Source: Blastocatellia bacterium
Lineage (GTDB): Bacteria; Acidobacteriota; Blastocatellia; RBC074
Length of the DNA: 64,000 nucleotides
Assembly: GCA_043783625.1 (NCBI GenBank)
Contig: JAYVZE010000179.1
Location: 527-64,526, forward strand
Reading direction: 5' to 3'
Notes under the pieces: generated by a model
What the model saw: only the letters and a program-made list of their open reading frames with translations
The model's database searches: none
What the model was told of the DNA's origin: nothing
Part shown: positions 38,734 to 48,559 of the stretch, in pieces
How the letters are laid out: every line of letters begins with the position of its first letter
Position numbering within the stretch: the stretch's first letter is position 1
Position numbers and translations under genes: made by a program

Positions 38734-40011
38734 ATGGAAACCGCTTTCACTATTTTAATTTTCCTTGTTCTTGCCCAAAGCTTTACGGCCTTATTTGCCG
38801 TCATCCGCTTAACGCGCTATGTCTGGCGTTCGCTCTCACAATCGGGTGAGCGGTATGTTCCTAAAACTGCCTTAATTGTTCCGTGTAAAGGGCTTGAGCC
38901 TGATTTTAATGAAAATATTATTGCTTATTTAGCGCAGGATTATCGTCATTATGAGCTGATTTTCGTCACCGAAAGCGAAGCTGATCCGGCGTATCAGGTG
39001 ATTCGCCGAATCCTTCAGGAAAGCAGCCGTTCCGCCTGGTTAGTCACTGCCGGTGAAGCACATAATCGTGGACAAAAAGTTCATAATCTTTGCGCCGCAC
39101 TCGACATGCTGGATTCAGTAGATCGTAAAACAGAGGTTCTCGTTTTTGCGGATTCGGATGCTCGACCTGATGCGTACTGGTTGCGCGATCTGGTGGCTCC
39201 GTTGTCTGATCCGAAAGTAGGGGCTACGACTGGATTTAGGTGGTACCTGCCACAAGGAGGCTTTGCGTCGCAGCTTTTATCGGTCTGGAATTCCGGTGCG
39301 CTTAGTTTATTAGGAGAAAACTCATCGTTTGCGTGGGGCGGTTCGACGGCGATCAATCGTGATACGTTTGAAGCCCTCAAGATCAAACAGCATTGGGAAA
39401 GCGGAGCCGTCAGCGATGATTATGTTTTGACCAAGCGCGTCCAGGCTGAAGGACTGAAAATTAAGTTCGTTCCGCAATGCCTGATGGCTTCTGAAGGCTG
39501 GGTGAGTTTCCGCCAACTGCTGGAATTCACGACGCGCCAGATGATTATCACGCGAGTTTATGCTCCACAGGTCTGGACTGTCGCCGCTATCGTCCATACG
39601 CTTTTTAATTTTTCATTTTGGGGTGGCTTACTTTTTTGTGCGCTGGGAAAGGATACTGTAGGGCTTCTTCTGCCGATGTTAATTGTAACGTGTGGTCTGG
39701 GTTCGTTGACGGGAATGCTTCGGGCGTATCTGGCTTCGCGGCTGCTGCCTGAAGAGTATCAGGATCAATTTAAGTCTACGCGCTGGGCTTCCGCGTTGCT
39801 GAGTCCGCTGGTTTCGTTGATTTATTTGTATAATTTAGGAGCTTCCTTGCGAACCAGAAAAATTTTGTGGCGCGGGATTGGCTACGAACTGATAACAGCC
39901 AAAGACACTGTTATTTGGCAGCGCCCGGAACCAATTTATGCGAATGGAAAGCCCGAAAAACAAGCCACTCCATCAGGAGCAACCGCACGTTCACGGTCAT
40001 TAGATTCGTGA
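38734..40011 (+). CDS. GT2 family membrane glycosyltransferase (ceramide glucosyltransferase-like, Glyco_transf_21)
   Basis: N-terminal TM segment. DSD and QxxRW-like region (TRQMIITRVY). C-terminal TM segments. 425 aa. Confidence 0.55.
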   Translation: METAFTILIFLVLAQSFTALFAVIRLTRYVWRSLSQSGERYVPKTALIVPCKGLEPDFNENIIAYLAQDYRHYELIFVTESEADPAYQVIRRILQESSRSAWLVTAGEAHNRGQKVHNLCAALDMLDSVDRKTEVLVFADSDARPDAYWLRDLVAPLSDPKVGATTGFRWYLPQGGFASQLLSVWNSGALSLLGENSSFAWGGSTAINRDTFEALKIKQHWESGAVSDDYVLTKRVQAEGLKIKFVPQCLMASEGWVSFRQLLEFTTRQMIITRVYAPQVWTVAAIVHTLFNFSFWGGLLFCALGKDTVGLLLPMLIVTCGLGSLTGMLRAYLASRLLPEEYQDQFKSTRWASALLSPLVSLIYLYNLGASLRTRKILWRGIGYELITAKDTVIWQRPEPIYANGKPEKQATPSGATARSRSLDS

Positions 40012-40076
40012 AAAATGACGAAAAGCGGTTGACACAATTCGCTGCTTTTTGTATTCTCACGCTCGCCTTTCAAGGC

Positions 40077-40156
<80 letters not shown>

Positions 40157-40262
40157 ATAAAATCAATTGTTTGCAGCCGTTCATTTTTCCCGAACGGTTG
40201 CAAACAACACAATCCGCAACACACTAATTTTTTTCTTTCCTTTCTCATTTCAATTAAATCTT

Positions 40263-40481
40263 TCAAGCTGCTTTTTTCTCACGAAGAATTTTTCGTAGTG
40301 CTTCGTTGACGGCTTCAGAAGTCGGAAATGCTTCGGCTACATCCGGGGCAAGTGTGACGGTACATAGTTCTACTTTTTTGCCGCGCCTGAATATTTCCCA
40401 GCGGTTGAAATCCGTTTCCGGCTCGACATCATCATTGAGGTCGAAATTGTCGTCTTCAAGCAAAGTAATTTTCTTGTTCAT
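40263..40481 (-). CDS. brnA: BrnA-like antitoxin
   Basis: 72 aa. Overlaps the BrnT gene by 26 nt. RHH/BrnA-like C-terminal region. Confidence 0.55.
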   Translation of the reverse strand: MNKKITLLEDDNFDLNDDVEPETDFNRWEIFRRGKKVELCTVTLAPDVAEAFPTSEAVNEALRKILREKKAA

Positions 40482-40743
40482 ATCTTTCTCTTTCTGAGGC
40501 AGTCGCCAGTCTTGCCGAAATGAGGCGCATTACATTCGATTGTGGCTGGGTGTAGACCACAAGCAACAACCGCCCTTGATCTGATCTGCCGATACATCTG
40601 AATCGTTCCTCGCCAATGGAATGAAGCGTATCGCGCAAGCTGAATTGAAAGTCGTCATCAAAAACCGTAGACGCTTCATCAAATGAAACGCCGTGTTTGG
40701 TCAGATTGCTTTCCGCTTTCGCCGGATACCATTCAAATTTCAT
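40456..40743 (-). CDS. brnT: BrnT-like (DUF497) ribonuclease toxin
   Basis: 95 aa, MKFEWYPAKAESNLTKHGVSFDEA...RLISARLAT. The toxin-first order matches BrnTA. Confidence 0.6.
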   Translation of the reverse strand: MKFEWYPAKAESNLTKHGVSFDEASTVFDDDFQFSLRDTLHSIGEERFRCIGRSDQGRLLLVVYTQPQSNVMRLISARLATASERERYEQENYFA

Positions 40744-40765
40744 CGCTTCGATTCACTGGATACTG

Positions 40766-41107
40766 CTATGCCTTTTGCAATTCTTTCGTGTCCTCGATTT
40801 GACGGACACGCGCTTTGACATGCACTAAGTCACGGATATGAGCATCAAGTCTTGCGTCCATATCTTCAACGTGGATTTCAATGTTGGCTAAGCGTTGGTC
40901 TACGCGGTCAACTTTTTCTTCAAGCCGTGTCAACGATGAAGTGTTGGCATCAATGCGTTGCCGCAGATCAACATATCGTTGCCGGGAATCTTCCGTCATA
41001 GTCCCCATTTGCTCCATCAATGATGATCGAAAGGAATTCACCAAATCAATGAGATGGTCAAGCTTCTGGTCGGTGCTTAAAGGCGGTAATTCTTCGGTCG
41101 TATTCAT
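40766..41107 (-). CDS. Hypothetical coiled-coil protein (island)
   Basis: 113 aa, heptad-rich. Confidence 0.35.
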   Translation of the reverse strand: MNTTEELPPLSTDQKLDHLIDLVNSFRSSLMEQMGTMTEDSRQRYVDLRQRIDANTSSLTRLEEKVDRVDQRLANIEIHVEDMDARLDAHIRDLVHVKARVRQIEDTKELQKA

Positions 41108-41376
41108 TTCTTCACCTCTTTCTTTCGTGCTGTAACGGCTTTAGTGATAGGTTCCACAACCTTCTTTGGTCTGCCTGCCTTGCGCTCCGCCACAAGTGCA
41201 AGATCAGATTCTTTAATGACATGATCGCGTCCAATAAGTTGAGACGGTAAACGCCCTGTACTTATCAATGCCCTAATCCGCATCGGCGAAATTCCTAATC
41301 TTCCCGCCGCTTCTTTTGTTGAAAGTAATTCGGTTTCCATACCAAGTAAGGTACTAAAAATAAAACTATATCGCAA
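41104..41376 (-). CDS. Helix-turn-helix DNA-binding protein (excisionase/MerR-like)
   Basis: 90 aa. LSTKEAAGRLGISPMRIRALISTGRLPS HTH. Basic C-terminal tail. Confidence 0.5.
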   Translation of the reverse strand: MRYSFIFSTLLGMETELLSTKEAAGRLGISPMRIRALISTGRLPSQLIGRDHVIKESDLALVAERKAGRPKKVVEPITKAVTARKKEVKK

Positions 41377-41621
41377 GTGATTTATTATATTGACAATCTA
41401 AATCGCATACGATATAGTTCTTTCTATCAGAGAAAAACAATACTTTTACGGAGAAAAATATATGACTATCGAGACGAAATCACACAACGGACGCAAGCTG
41501 TACATCGTAAGCATCGGCGCAAAGTGCTTTGGGTACTTGAATGTTGAGAAAGCCTTGACAGCGATTGCGCAGGTTCTTCAAGGTGCGACGCCGGATTCCG
41601 GCTTAGCCGACACCTATTCAA

Positions 41622-42104
41622 TTGCGGGATGGGATTTATAAAAACTATGGGCTTGGAAAGTGTTCATGCACTCGCCAAGCCCTTCTACTAAACGGTCAGA
41701 ATATGACCAACTTTTACAGAGGAATTATGAACCAACCATTAGCGAAAAGACAGCCAAAATTGACTAAACCTACAGCAATGAAAATCCTGCGCTACGAAGA
41801 TATTCTTTTACTGAAACCACCGCGCCATGGTGAAAGTCTGGCGATGTGCGTCATTGAAAGCGATGCTTTGAAGGATGCCGGAATTCTCAAGAATGATTAT
41901 CTGGTTTATCGCTGGAGTGCGAACGCTGCCACGGGCGATGTCGTCGTCGTTGAAACCACGTTCGGGGTCACTGTGAAGCTGTTCGATCCCACGATGGACG
42001 GCGCGTGGCTGCGCTGTGCCAACGCTGAACACGAAGATCGTTTCTATTGGAATGATGATTTTTTGATTCGTGGTGTCGGTCAGGAAATCAAGCGCGTTCT
42101 GTAG
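41622..42104 (+). CDS. S24 peptidase-like (LexA/CI-type) repressor C-terminal domain protein
   Basis: GESLAM (Ser) ... VKLF (Lys) dyad spacing typical of S24 autopeptidases. Divergent from the HTH gene. Confidence 0.45.
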   Translation: MRDGIYKNYGLGKCSCTRQALLLNGQNMTNFYRGIMNQPLAKRQPKLTKPTAMKILRYEDILLLKPPRHGESLAMCVIESDALKDAGILKNDYLVYRWSANAATGDVVVVETTFGVTVKLFDPTMDGAWLRCANAEHEDRFYWNDDFLIRGVGQEIKRVL

Positions 42105-42124
42105 CTGGATAACGGTCATTGAAT

Positions 42125-42167
42125 TAAAAAAGCCTGTGATGCTCAATTGAGGTCACAGGCTTTTCTG
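42125..42167. terminator. Bidirectional intrinsic terminator between convergent island genes
   Basis: AAAAAAGCCTGTGA, a loop, then TCACAGGCTTTTCTGTT. Confidence 0.65.
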
Positions 42168-42187
42168 TTATTGAAAGGCGGTTTCGG

Positions 42188-42778
42188 TTAGATATAAACG
42201 CCGATGCCAGCACTTTTGACGGCAACCCACGAAGCCATTGCCACTGACAGCACTAAATCATCGTGCGTTCCTTCCCGCCACGCGCCGTACTGCTCATTGG
42301 CATTAATTGTAATTTTCATCTGAAAATTTCTGAGTTCCTGCATCAATACTTTAGCATCCGGCAATTCTTCAGCAACCTTCAAACGTTCGGTTTGCAGGAG
42401 CAGTTGCACCACTGAAATTAAATCACGCTTGGGAACATTAGTTTTGTCAGTGTCTCCGTTGACCGTGCTACCGCCTGTAATCTGAATCGGTCGCAACGTG
42501 CAATGAAGTTTCTTCTTACGAAACAAATCAACGACGGGTGCGCCTACGCCTGTCTGGTCAACTGCCAGCCACGTATTGTTTGAGAAAATTGGATTCTTCA
42601 GCATCTTGCAAACATCTTCCACGATGTCAGGATACGACGTGCCAAGCGGGTAACGGTGCAAATGCCGGATATGGTAAGACTTTACATTCGGGTCTTGTTC
42701 CTCAAGAATTGAAAGCGCGGTCGGATCGTGGCTTTGTCCTAAATCAAGACCGATGAAATAACGGTGTGATGGATTCAT
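42188..42778 (-). CDS. Terminase large subunit, C-terminal RNase H-like nuclease domain (separate frame from the ATPase domain)
   Basis: YFIGLDLGQSHD, AVDQTG and THDDL acidic catalytic motifs of the Terminase_6C type. Confidence 0.6.
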   Translation of the reverse strand: MNPSHRYFIGLDLGQSHDPTALSILEEQDPNVKSYHIRHLHRYPLGTSYPDIVEDVCKMLKNPIFSNNTWLAVDQTGVGAPVVDLFRKKKLHCTLRPIQITGGSTVNGDTDKTNVPKRDLISVVQLLLQTERLKVAEELPDAKVLMQELRNFQMKITINANEQYGAWREGTHDDLVLSVAMASWVAVKSAGIGVYI

Positions 42779-43532
42779 TGTTTGATTTCTCCAACTGGAA
42801 TAATGGTTTCACTTCGTCACTGACCATCTTGTCAATGTCTTCATAGCGAAAAACGGAATCAATCGTTCCTAAAAACTCACACAAATATTCTGAGCGGAAA
42901 AAGTAGTCACCGATTTGACGGCGTTCGGCTTCCAGCCAGTTCTTATCAATGCGTGGACAATCGTAAGCCGTAATTTTAAAGCGTTGCCAGTCATCGCCGC
43001 CCTTCGTCCAAGCCTCATAGAATGCGCCGCGTTGACCATACGGACTCGACAACATCACTAACCGTCCGCGCCCTACCGCGAGCATTGGACGCAGCGCAGA
43101 AATGAGTGCGTCACTGATAAAAGCCGCTTCGTCAATGACCACTAAACGCGGCTTGGAATAACCGCGAATGGTTTCCTGATTATCCGGTAAGCTGACAATG
43201 CGCGAGCCGTTGACCAATTCCAGACGGAGCGCAGATTCTTCGGCAATAGGTTCATTAACGGTCTTCAGCATTTCTTTAACCTTGCGGAATAGTTCGCCGG
43301 ATTGCCGCTGCGATGGACTCACCAATAAAATCAAGCCTGCATCAAAGATGGCTGTCCACACTGCCAGCAATGCCGTGATGGTGGATTTACCAGCTTGCCT
43401 TGTACAACACAAAAGTAATTGTTCGGCATTAGAACGCAACAACTCCGCCTGCCATTGATCCGGTTCAATCCCAAACGCCTGTGCGAGTCGTACCGCGTCC
43501 AGACTCATCTTGAATCGTTCGGCGATGGTCAT
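42744..43532 (-). CDS. Terminase large subunit, N-terminal ATPase domain
   Basis: Walker A TRQAGKST. Walker B LVVIDEAAF. 262 aa. Overlaps the nuclease ORF by 35 nt in a different frame. Confidence 0.6.
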   Translation of the reverse strand: MTIAERFKMSLDAVRLAQAFGIEPDQWQAELLRSNAEQLLLCCTRQAGKSTITALLAVWTAIFDAGLILLVSPSQRQSGELFRKVKEMLKTVNEPIAEESALRLELVNGSRIVSLPDNQETIRGYSKPRLVVIDEAAFISDALISALRPMLAVGRGRLVMLSSPYGQRGAFYEAWTKGGDDWQRFKITAYDCPRIDKNWLEAERRQIGDYFFRSEYLCEFLGTIDSVFRYEDIDKMVSDEVKPLFQLEKSNNESITPLFHRS

Positions 43533-44005
43533 AGTCCGTTCGCCTCCAACGCTTCCACTACAGCCACGCGAGCGTGAGGAAACGGCTTGAGCGCAGTCAC
43601 AATCACCGCCTGCATTTTCTCAATGGAAATGGTGGTGACATTGATCGTGGGAGCTTCATTTAATTCGCCTAAAAGTTTGGCTTTGAGTTCAATTTGTTTC
43701 TCAATGCGAGCAATCGCTTTCAAGGCTAAATCGTGATTGGCGGCTTCTCTGACTTCTCGCAGAATGGTCAAAGATTCGCTGTTGATGTGCTTCAATTCGG
43801 CAATGAGCTTATCGCCGTTGGCAACTTCACGGGATTCTTTGGACTTCGCTAAGACGGCAAACAAACAGTTTGATTTATGTCGGTCAAGGGTGGATGACGA
43901 AACTTGAAAGCGTCCCGCGATGTCCCGCAAAGATTGCAGATTGATTAAGGATTCATCAATTTTCGTCATCTGCGGATGTTGGCAGATGGTACAGATTCGC
44001 GGCAT
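43529..44005 (-). CDS. Putative DNA-binding protein, possible terminase small subunit
   Basis: 158 aa. N-terminal CxxC zinc-ribbon/HTH-like region. Position immediately upstream of TerL. Confidence 0.3.
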   Translation of the reverse strand: MPRICTICQHPQMTKIDESLINLQSLRDIAGRFQVSSSTLDRHKSNCLFAVLAKSKESREVANGDKLIAELKHINSESLTILREVREAANHDLALKAIARIEKQIELKAKLLGELNEAPTINVTTISIEKMQAVIVTALKPFPHARVAVVEALEANGL

Positions 44006-44353
44006 TTAATTTCCCTCATTTTTAGTGACTAAATCCAGAGCATCATCAATGGAACTGACGACGGCAACTTGTCCCGTCCAGTTGTCATGCCAGTGGCTTT
44101 CATCCGGGGTGAGTTTTCGCGCCGATGGTGGTTTGTTGCCGTCTTTGATTTCCATCAAGATATTTATTCCGGCTCTGCCTACCAGCAGGTCAGGAACGCC
44201 GCGCCCTGTGGCTGCCAACGATTGCACGGAGCAGCCGGCAGCACGCAAGGCTTTGACGACTTCTTTTTGATTGGCATCAACTTTAGCTTTGAGTCGCATT
44301 AATGCCGTCCTTTCGGTTCGTTGGAGTCGAGCAACCATAAAGTAATTGCCCAA
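44006..44353 (-). CDS. VRR-NUC (PD-(D/E)xK) nuclease domain protein
   Basis: GVPDLLV ... ILMEIK motif pattern. 115 aa. Confidence 0.5.
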   Translation of the reverse strand: MGNYFMVARLQRTERTALMRLKAKVDANQKEVVKALRAAGCSVQSLAATGRGVPDLLVGRAGINILMEIKDGNKPPSARKLTPDESHWHDNWTGQVAVVSSIDDALDLVTKNEGN

Positions 44354-44400
44354 AGAATTGTAAGGATGAGGTAAGTCTTCATCGTGAGGTTTCCTTTCAA

Positions 44401-44766
44401 TTAAAATGGGTCAGTATCAGGATGATTTGCCGTTGGTCGCACCTCCACAAATGACCGTTGTTTTGACTTCCCGTTTTCCTGACACCAGGAATCATCATCA
44501 AGTTTTGTACTGCAAAAGAAACCACGTGAATTGGTGCGGAATGGTTTGTGATGCACCGGACAATTTGCCGATGGTGCTTGCGCGTCAAGGGCTAATTGAT
44601 TGGTGGCTCTCGCCGTCGTTTTCTGTTGTGGTTGATGATTTGCCGGAATGAAGCCAGCCGCTACCCATTCATCCAAACTCTTTTGAATTTCCTGTGGTGT
44701 CGCACCTTCCAATTCAATGATGACGCTGGCATTTCTGAAGGTTCCTGAAACAATAATTTTGGTCAT
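44401..44766 (-). CDS. Hypothetical protein (island)
   Basis: 121 aa ORF with coding-like composition. Confidence 0.3.
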   Translation of the reverse strand: MTKIIVSGTFRNASVIIELEGATPQEIQKSLDEWVAAGFIPANHQPQQKTTARATNQLALDAQAPSANCPVHHKPFRTNSRGFFCSTKLDDDSWCQENGKSKQRSFVEVRPTANHPDTDPF

Positions 44767-44779
44767 ATTTTCCTTTCGT

Positions 44780-45097
44780 CTAAGCCGTCACTGTTGAGCT
44801 TTTCGCAGTCTCCGCGTTGGTTGATGAGGCTTGATTCCGGCAAGCTTCACACGCGCCATTCCTCAATGGATCGTGGCAGTATTTGCAGTAGTTCATCCGT
44901 TCATTTGCCGGAATAACTTCGTGTCCATCGTAGTGACCGTCTGCACACCAGAAATGATATGCGCCGGATGTTGATAGTTGTCTGGCACAGGCCGGACAAC
45001 TTCGCGGGTGTGGTTCAATTCCAACTTGTAAAGATTCCTTAACGGTTGCAGGTTCAGCTTCGATTTCAGTTTGTTTTTGTAAGGCAAAATTCAGCAT
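44780..45097 (-). CDS. Cys/His-rich hypothetical protein (possible zinc finger)
   Basis: 105 aa with CPAC...C...H...H...C..C...C..C pattern. Confidence 0.3.
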   Translation of the reverse strand: MLNFALQKQTEIEAEPATVKESLQVGIEPHPRSCPACARQLSTSGAYHFWCADGHYDGHEVIPANERMNYCKYCHDPLRNGACEACRNQASSTNAETAKSSTVTA

Positions 45098-45120
45098 ATT
45101 TTTACCAGCTATTGTTTTTA

Positions 45121-45330
45121 GCGTGGGATCGGTGGGATCAATGGGATCAAGCCTTTATTTACAGGCTTTTTCTTTGATCCCATTGCTGTTTTTGCGTGGG
45201 ATCACGTGGGATCAAGATTCCCTCTGCTATTGTTTCCTTAGCCCCTTGATCCCACGTGATCCCACCATTTTTTACCCGTGGGATCAACGCAAACCCTTGT
45301 GTTTATTGAGTTGATCCCATTGATCCCACG
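45121..45330. repeat. Iteron array (GTGGGATCA-core repeats in both orientations): candidate replication origin of the island
   Basis: About 12 copies of TGGGATCA or TGATCCCA within 210 bp, immediately upstream of the primase/helicase gene. Each unit contains GATC. Confidence 0.7.
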
Positions 45331-45338
45331 CTAAAACA

Positions 45339-47099
45339 TTATTCCCCCTCAAAAACCGCAGACGAAATAGCATAAAAAGCAGACATTGCCTTGCTCTCTG
45401 GATCGCGTCGCTTGAATTGATAGCCGTGATTTTTGATGAGAAAGTTTTTTGAATCCAACGCTTTTGCTACCGATTTCGAGTCGTAACCTTTACAGGCTTC
45501 CATCTGGAAAACATCTTTGGAAATATAATAAATTGTCCCGTCTCCGGACTCTTCACGGCATCCGGCGATTTGCTGAAGTGTTCGGATGTCATCGGTTGCT
45601 TCACCATTAATTTTCCGAAACCGCGCGTCCTGATTTTCTTGAATGAATTTTCTAACTTGCTGAATCGCTTGTTCTTCATCGCTGGAACCTGTACCGCGTC
45701 CGGCTAACCATTCTTTGAACATCTGCGCAGCGGCATTGATGGCATCGCCTTCCTTCCATCCGGTAATTCCAGCTTCGGTTGCCGCTTCCCCGGCGAAGCC
45801 AACCAGCGCGAAATAATCCGCCACGCGTCCAGCCTCTTCTTTAGCATCCGCTGGCAAATTGGTTGTTAGGAATTCAGCCTTGACGTTTCGCCAGGCTGTC
45901 ATCAAGTCGCTTTCCGGTTGCGTCACTAACTTGTTAATGAAGGCTCTGATTGGTGTCCCGAAATATCGCTTTGACGCTTGTTGCAAATGATCCGCTAAGG
46001 CTTTGGCAGAATCCATTTCGTACAGATTCTCAAATAATCCAAAGCCTTTTTCGGCGTCCGCTGGCAGGTCAATCAAACGAACTTCCATGCCGCCGCGAAT
46101 CCGTTTCCCGCCGTCCTTTAAATGATCAGCCAGGCTGATTTCACCGGATGACAAAAAGAGCGTTCGCCATTCCGCAACCTTACGCAATCCGCCGATTTTA
46201 TTTTGGCGCATCTTGGCTTGCCCATTGGCGAGCATGTACGCCGTTTCGCCAGCTTGACGCGGATCAACTTCAGCCAATTCATCTAAACAAAGCAGCGCGT
46301 CATTGTGTGATTCGGCTAACGATTCAATACCATTGATCGTGGCTCGCCAGCGTCGTAAGAATCCCTTATCTGAACCGCCGCCCCAGACTGAACCGCCAAC
46401 CAATAACGCCGTAGTTTTGCCTTTGGATGTTGAGCTACGGAAATGAAAGCCCGCTCCCTGTAGGTTTAATTTGCCCAGCAATGACGCCGCGAAGCCGGCA
46501 GAGACAGCCAGCATCAAGCGTGAATTACCGGAACAGTAGCGGGCAACTTCTGACTTCCATTCGTCCAGCGTTCCGGCTTGTTGCATTAAGTGGTTTCCGC
46601 CTTCGGGTGATTGATGAAAGATGGCTTCACCATCATCGGAGCCAATACAATCATCCGCGAAAACAAATACGCCACGATGCCAGCCCGTGCGAGAAACCAC
46701 TAAGACGCGCTGGTCAGATTGTCCCGCCAAATAAGTATGGAGAAGTTTCGGATTGAAGACATTAACGCCTTGATCCGCAAGGAACGCTTCATACTCGCCG
46801 CGTTGTCCGGCTCTGAGTGATGCAGGCATTGCCCATTGGTGTTCTTTGCCGTCTGGATCAATAAATCTGAGAAGCCGCCCCCAATTGGCGTTGCGTTCAT
46901 CGCGGGTCATCGCCTCAATCCACAGCGGCGAACAAACCATGTGTTCATTGCCATCGGAGTCTTTCGCAAAAACACCATCCGGCTTCGCCTCAAAAGTGTA
47001 GCCGCCAGCCGTCGTTGTTTGCCTCTTCTTTCCAGCGGATTGTTGCCTTGCGGTCTGGAGCCAACCTGTCACAAAAGCCTCGCCCTTTGCACCAAGCAA
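45339..47099 (-). CDS. DUF927-type (primase C-terminal, SF3-like) replicative helicase
   Basis: 586 aa. Walker-like TSKGKTTALLVGGSVWG. Typical partner of the Toprim primase in satellites and integrative elements. Confidence 0.6.
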   Translation of the reverse strand: MLGAKGEAFVTGWLQTARQQSAGKKRQTTTAGGYTFEAKPDGVFAKDSDGNEHMVCSPLWIEAMTRDERNANWGRLLRFIDPDGKEHQWAMPASLRAGQRGEYEAFLADQGVNVFNPKLLHTYLAGQSDQRVLVVSRTGWHRGVFVFADDCIGSDDGEAIFHQSPEGGNHLMQQAGTLDEWKSEVARYCSGNSRLMLAVSAGFAASLLGKLNLQGAGFHFRSSTSKGKTTALLVGGSVWGGGSDKGFLRRWRATINGIESLAESHNDALLCLDELAEVDPRQAGETAYMLANGQAKMRQNKIGGLRKVAEWRTLFLSSGEISLADHLKDGGKRIRGGMEVRLIDLPADAEKGFGLFENLYEMDSAKALADHLQQASKRYFGTPIRAFINKLVTQPESDLMTAWRNVKAEFLTTNLPADAKEEAGRVADYFALVGFAGEAATEAGITGWKEGDAINAAAQMFKEWLAGRGTGSSDEEQAIQQVRKFIQENQDARFRKINGEATDDIRTLQQIAGCREESGDGTIYYISKDVFQMEACKGYDSKSVAKALDSKNFLIKNHGYQFKRRDPESKAMSAFYAISSAVFEGE

Positions 47100-47827
47100 A
47101 TCATCAATGCCTTTGCAATTCGTTTGGTTACATCCGGCATTTCAAGGATGCGAACGATTGCGCCGCGCCCGGTCAGTTCCTTCATCAATCCATTGCGAGC
47201 GGCTTTGACCTGTTGATTGTTCGCCGCGTCCGCATCGAAGATGATTTCAGTTTCGCGCTTGTCCCACAAAATATGATCGAAGTCATTAATTGCGCCTGTA
47301 GTCGCTTGCGATTTGCCGGAATTATTTTTCGCCTTGCCGTTCCTTCCTTTCCAGTTCCAAACCCCAGCCAAGCCAACTACTAAAATTCGTTCATGACGTT
47401 CAACGAAATAGCGTTGTAAAGCGAGTGTCTTTTTTTCGCCTTCCACAAAGACAGCTTTTATGGAGATGTCTTTCAACCAATCGGCTTTGGCTTGTGGTGA
47501 GAAATAAAAATCATTCCGGTCGTATCCAGATGACATATATTTCTTCGTTTCCTTAGTTGTGCCGCCTGATTGTTCTAAGGTCGGATGATCCCGCCGCAAG
47601 CGGTAAATGCGGTCATTGGTACTTTCCGGCATTCGATACGGAAAAATCAGACCGGAATAATCTTCGCCGCGTTTCAACTTCGCGCTAACCTTCGCCGCGC
47701 CTTCCACCGAATCAACGCGAACAATGCCAGCGGTTTCGGCAATTTCCGGCGTGATGAAAGAATCTGCCAAACTTTTCAGGTCATTCGGCGTGAGTGTGCT
47801 AACTGTTTGGGTTGTTGCTGCGCTCAT
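47069..47827 (-). CDS. Toprim-domain DNA primase
   Basis: VEGEKK (Toprim Glu) and FDADAAN (DxD). 252 aa. Overlaps the helicase ORF by 31 nt in another frame. Confidence 0.55.
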   Translation of the reverse strand: MSAATTQTVSTLTPNDLKSLADSFITPEIAETAGIVRVDSVEGAAKVSAKLKRGEDYSGLIFPYRMPESTNDRIYRLRRDHPTLEQSGGTTKETKKYMSSGYDRNDFYFSPQAKADWLKDISIKAVFVEGEKKTLALQRYFVERHERILVVGLAGVWNWKGRNGKAKNNSGKSQATTGAINDFDHILWDKRETEIIFDADAANNQQVKAARNGLMKELTGRGAIVRILEMPDVTKRIAKALMICLVQRARLL

Positions 47828-48095
47828 TTTGCACCGCCTCTCAAAAGCACGTTCGCCAGTGTTCGCGCCGTAGATAATTCTTCGTTGTAGTCAAGCCCCG
47901 CCGCGCCTAGTGCCAGGATTCGGCATAACAACGCGTCGAAGACGGATATTTTTTGTTGGGTAAACTTGTACATTTCGATTTGCTCCTTTCGGTGCAAAAC
48001 GCAGGTGACAAATCAGGTGGTTTACGGTAGAATTCATCCACGATATTTAGATTAATTCTGACCGCGAGCCTGTTCATCAAAAACGTCTCGCGGTT

Positions 48096-48311
48096 TTATT
48101 TTTTTGCCAGCCGTTCGCTTTTCTGGATGAATTCATCAATATGCTTTTGCCCATAAAAGACACGTCCGCCGATGCGGTAATAGCCAATTCTTTTAGCCTT
48201 ACGCCAGCGGAGCAAGGTCAATCGGTTTTTCATTCCTAAAACTTTCAGGGCTTCGGGTTCGCTGTATCTGCGTTCGGTTTGTGATGTTGGTTGCAATGTT
48301 GCGCTAGTCAT
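48096..48311 (-). CDS. AlpA-like/excisionase-type HTH regulator
   Basis: 71 aa. MKNRLTLLRWRKAKRIGYYRIGGRVFY is typical of AlpA/Xis-family winged HTH. Confidence 0.55.
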   Translation of the reverse strand: MTSATLQPTSQTERRYSEPEALKVLGMKNRLTLLRWRKAKRIGYYRIGGRVFYGQKHIDEFIQKSERLAKK

Positions 48312-48559
48312 AATCCGATTTCCTCTCTACAATGAAAACAAAGGGTTTTCCTACTTAAATCAAATCAGGGGTCTTTCCCGCTTGAGTTGATTAAAGGGTT
48401 TATTCTTGGTTAAGGGCTTTCCGGCTTCTTGGTCGTTGTGGGAAAGCCCTTGTTATTTCGTGATGCTTTTTGCTTCACGGGTGTAGTTTCGCTATTAACC
48501 TTAAAGATTCCAATTCCCTTAAAAAATATTTTTATTTGGGAACGTTCCCTAAAGATAGA

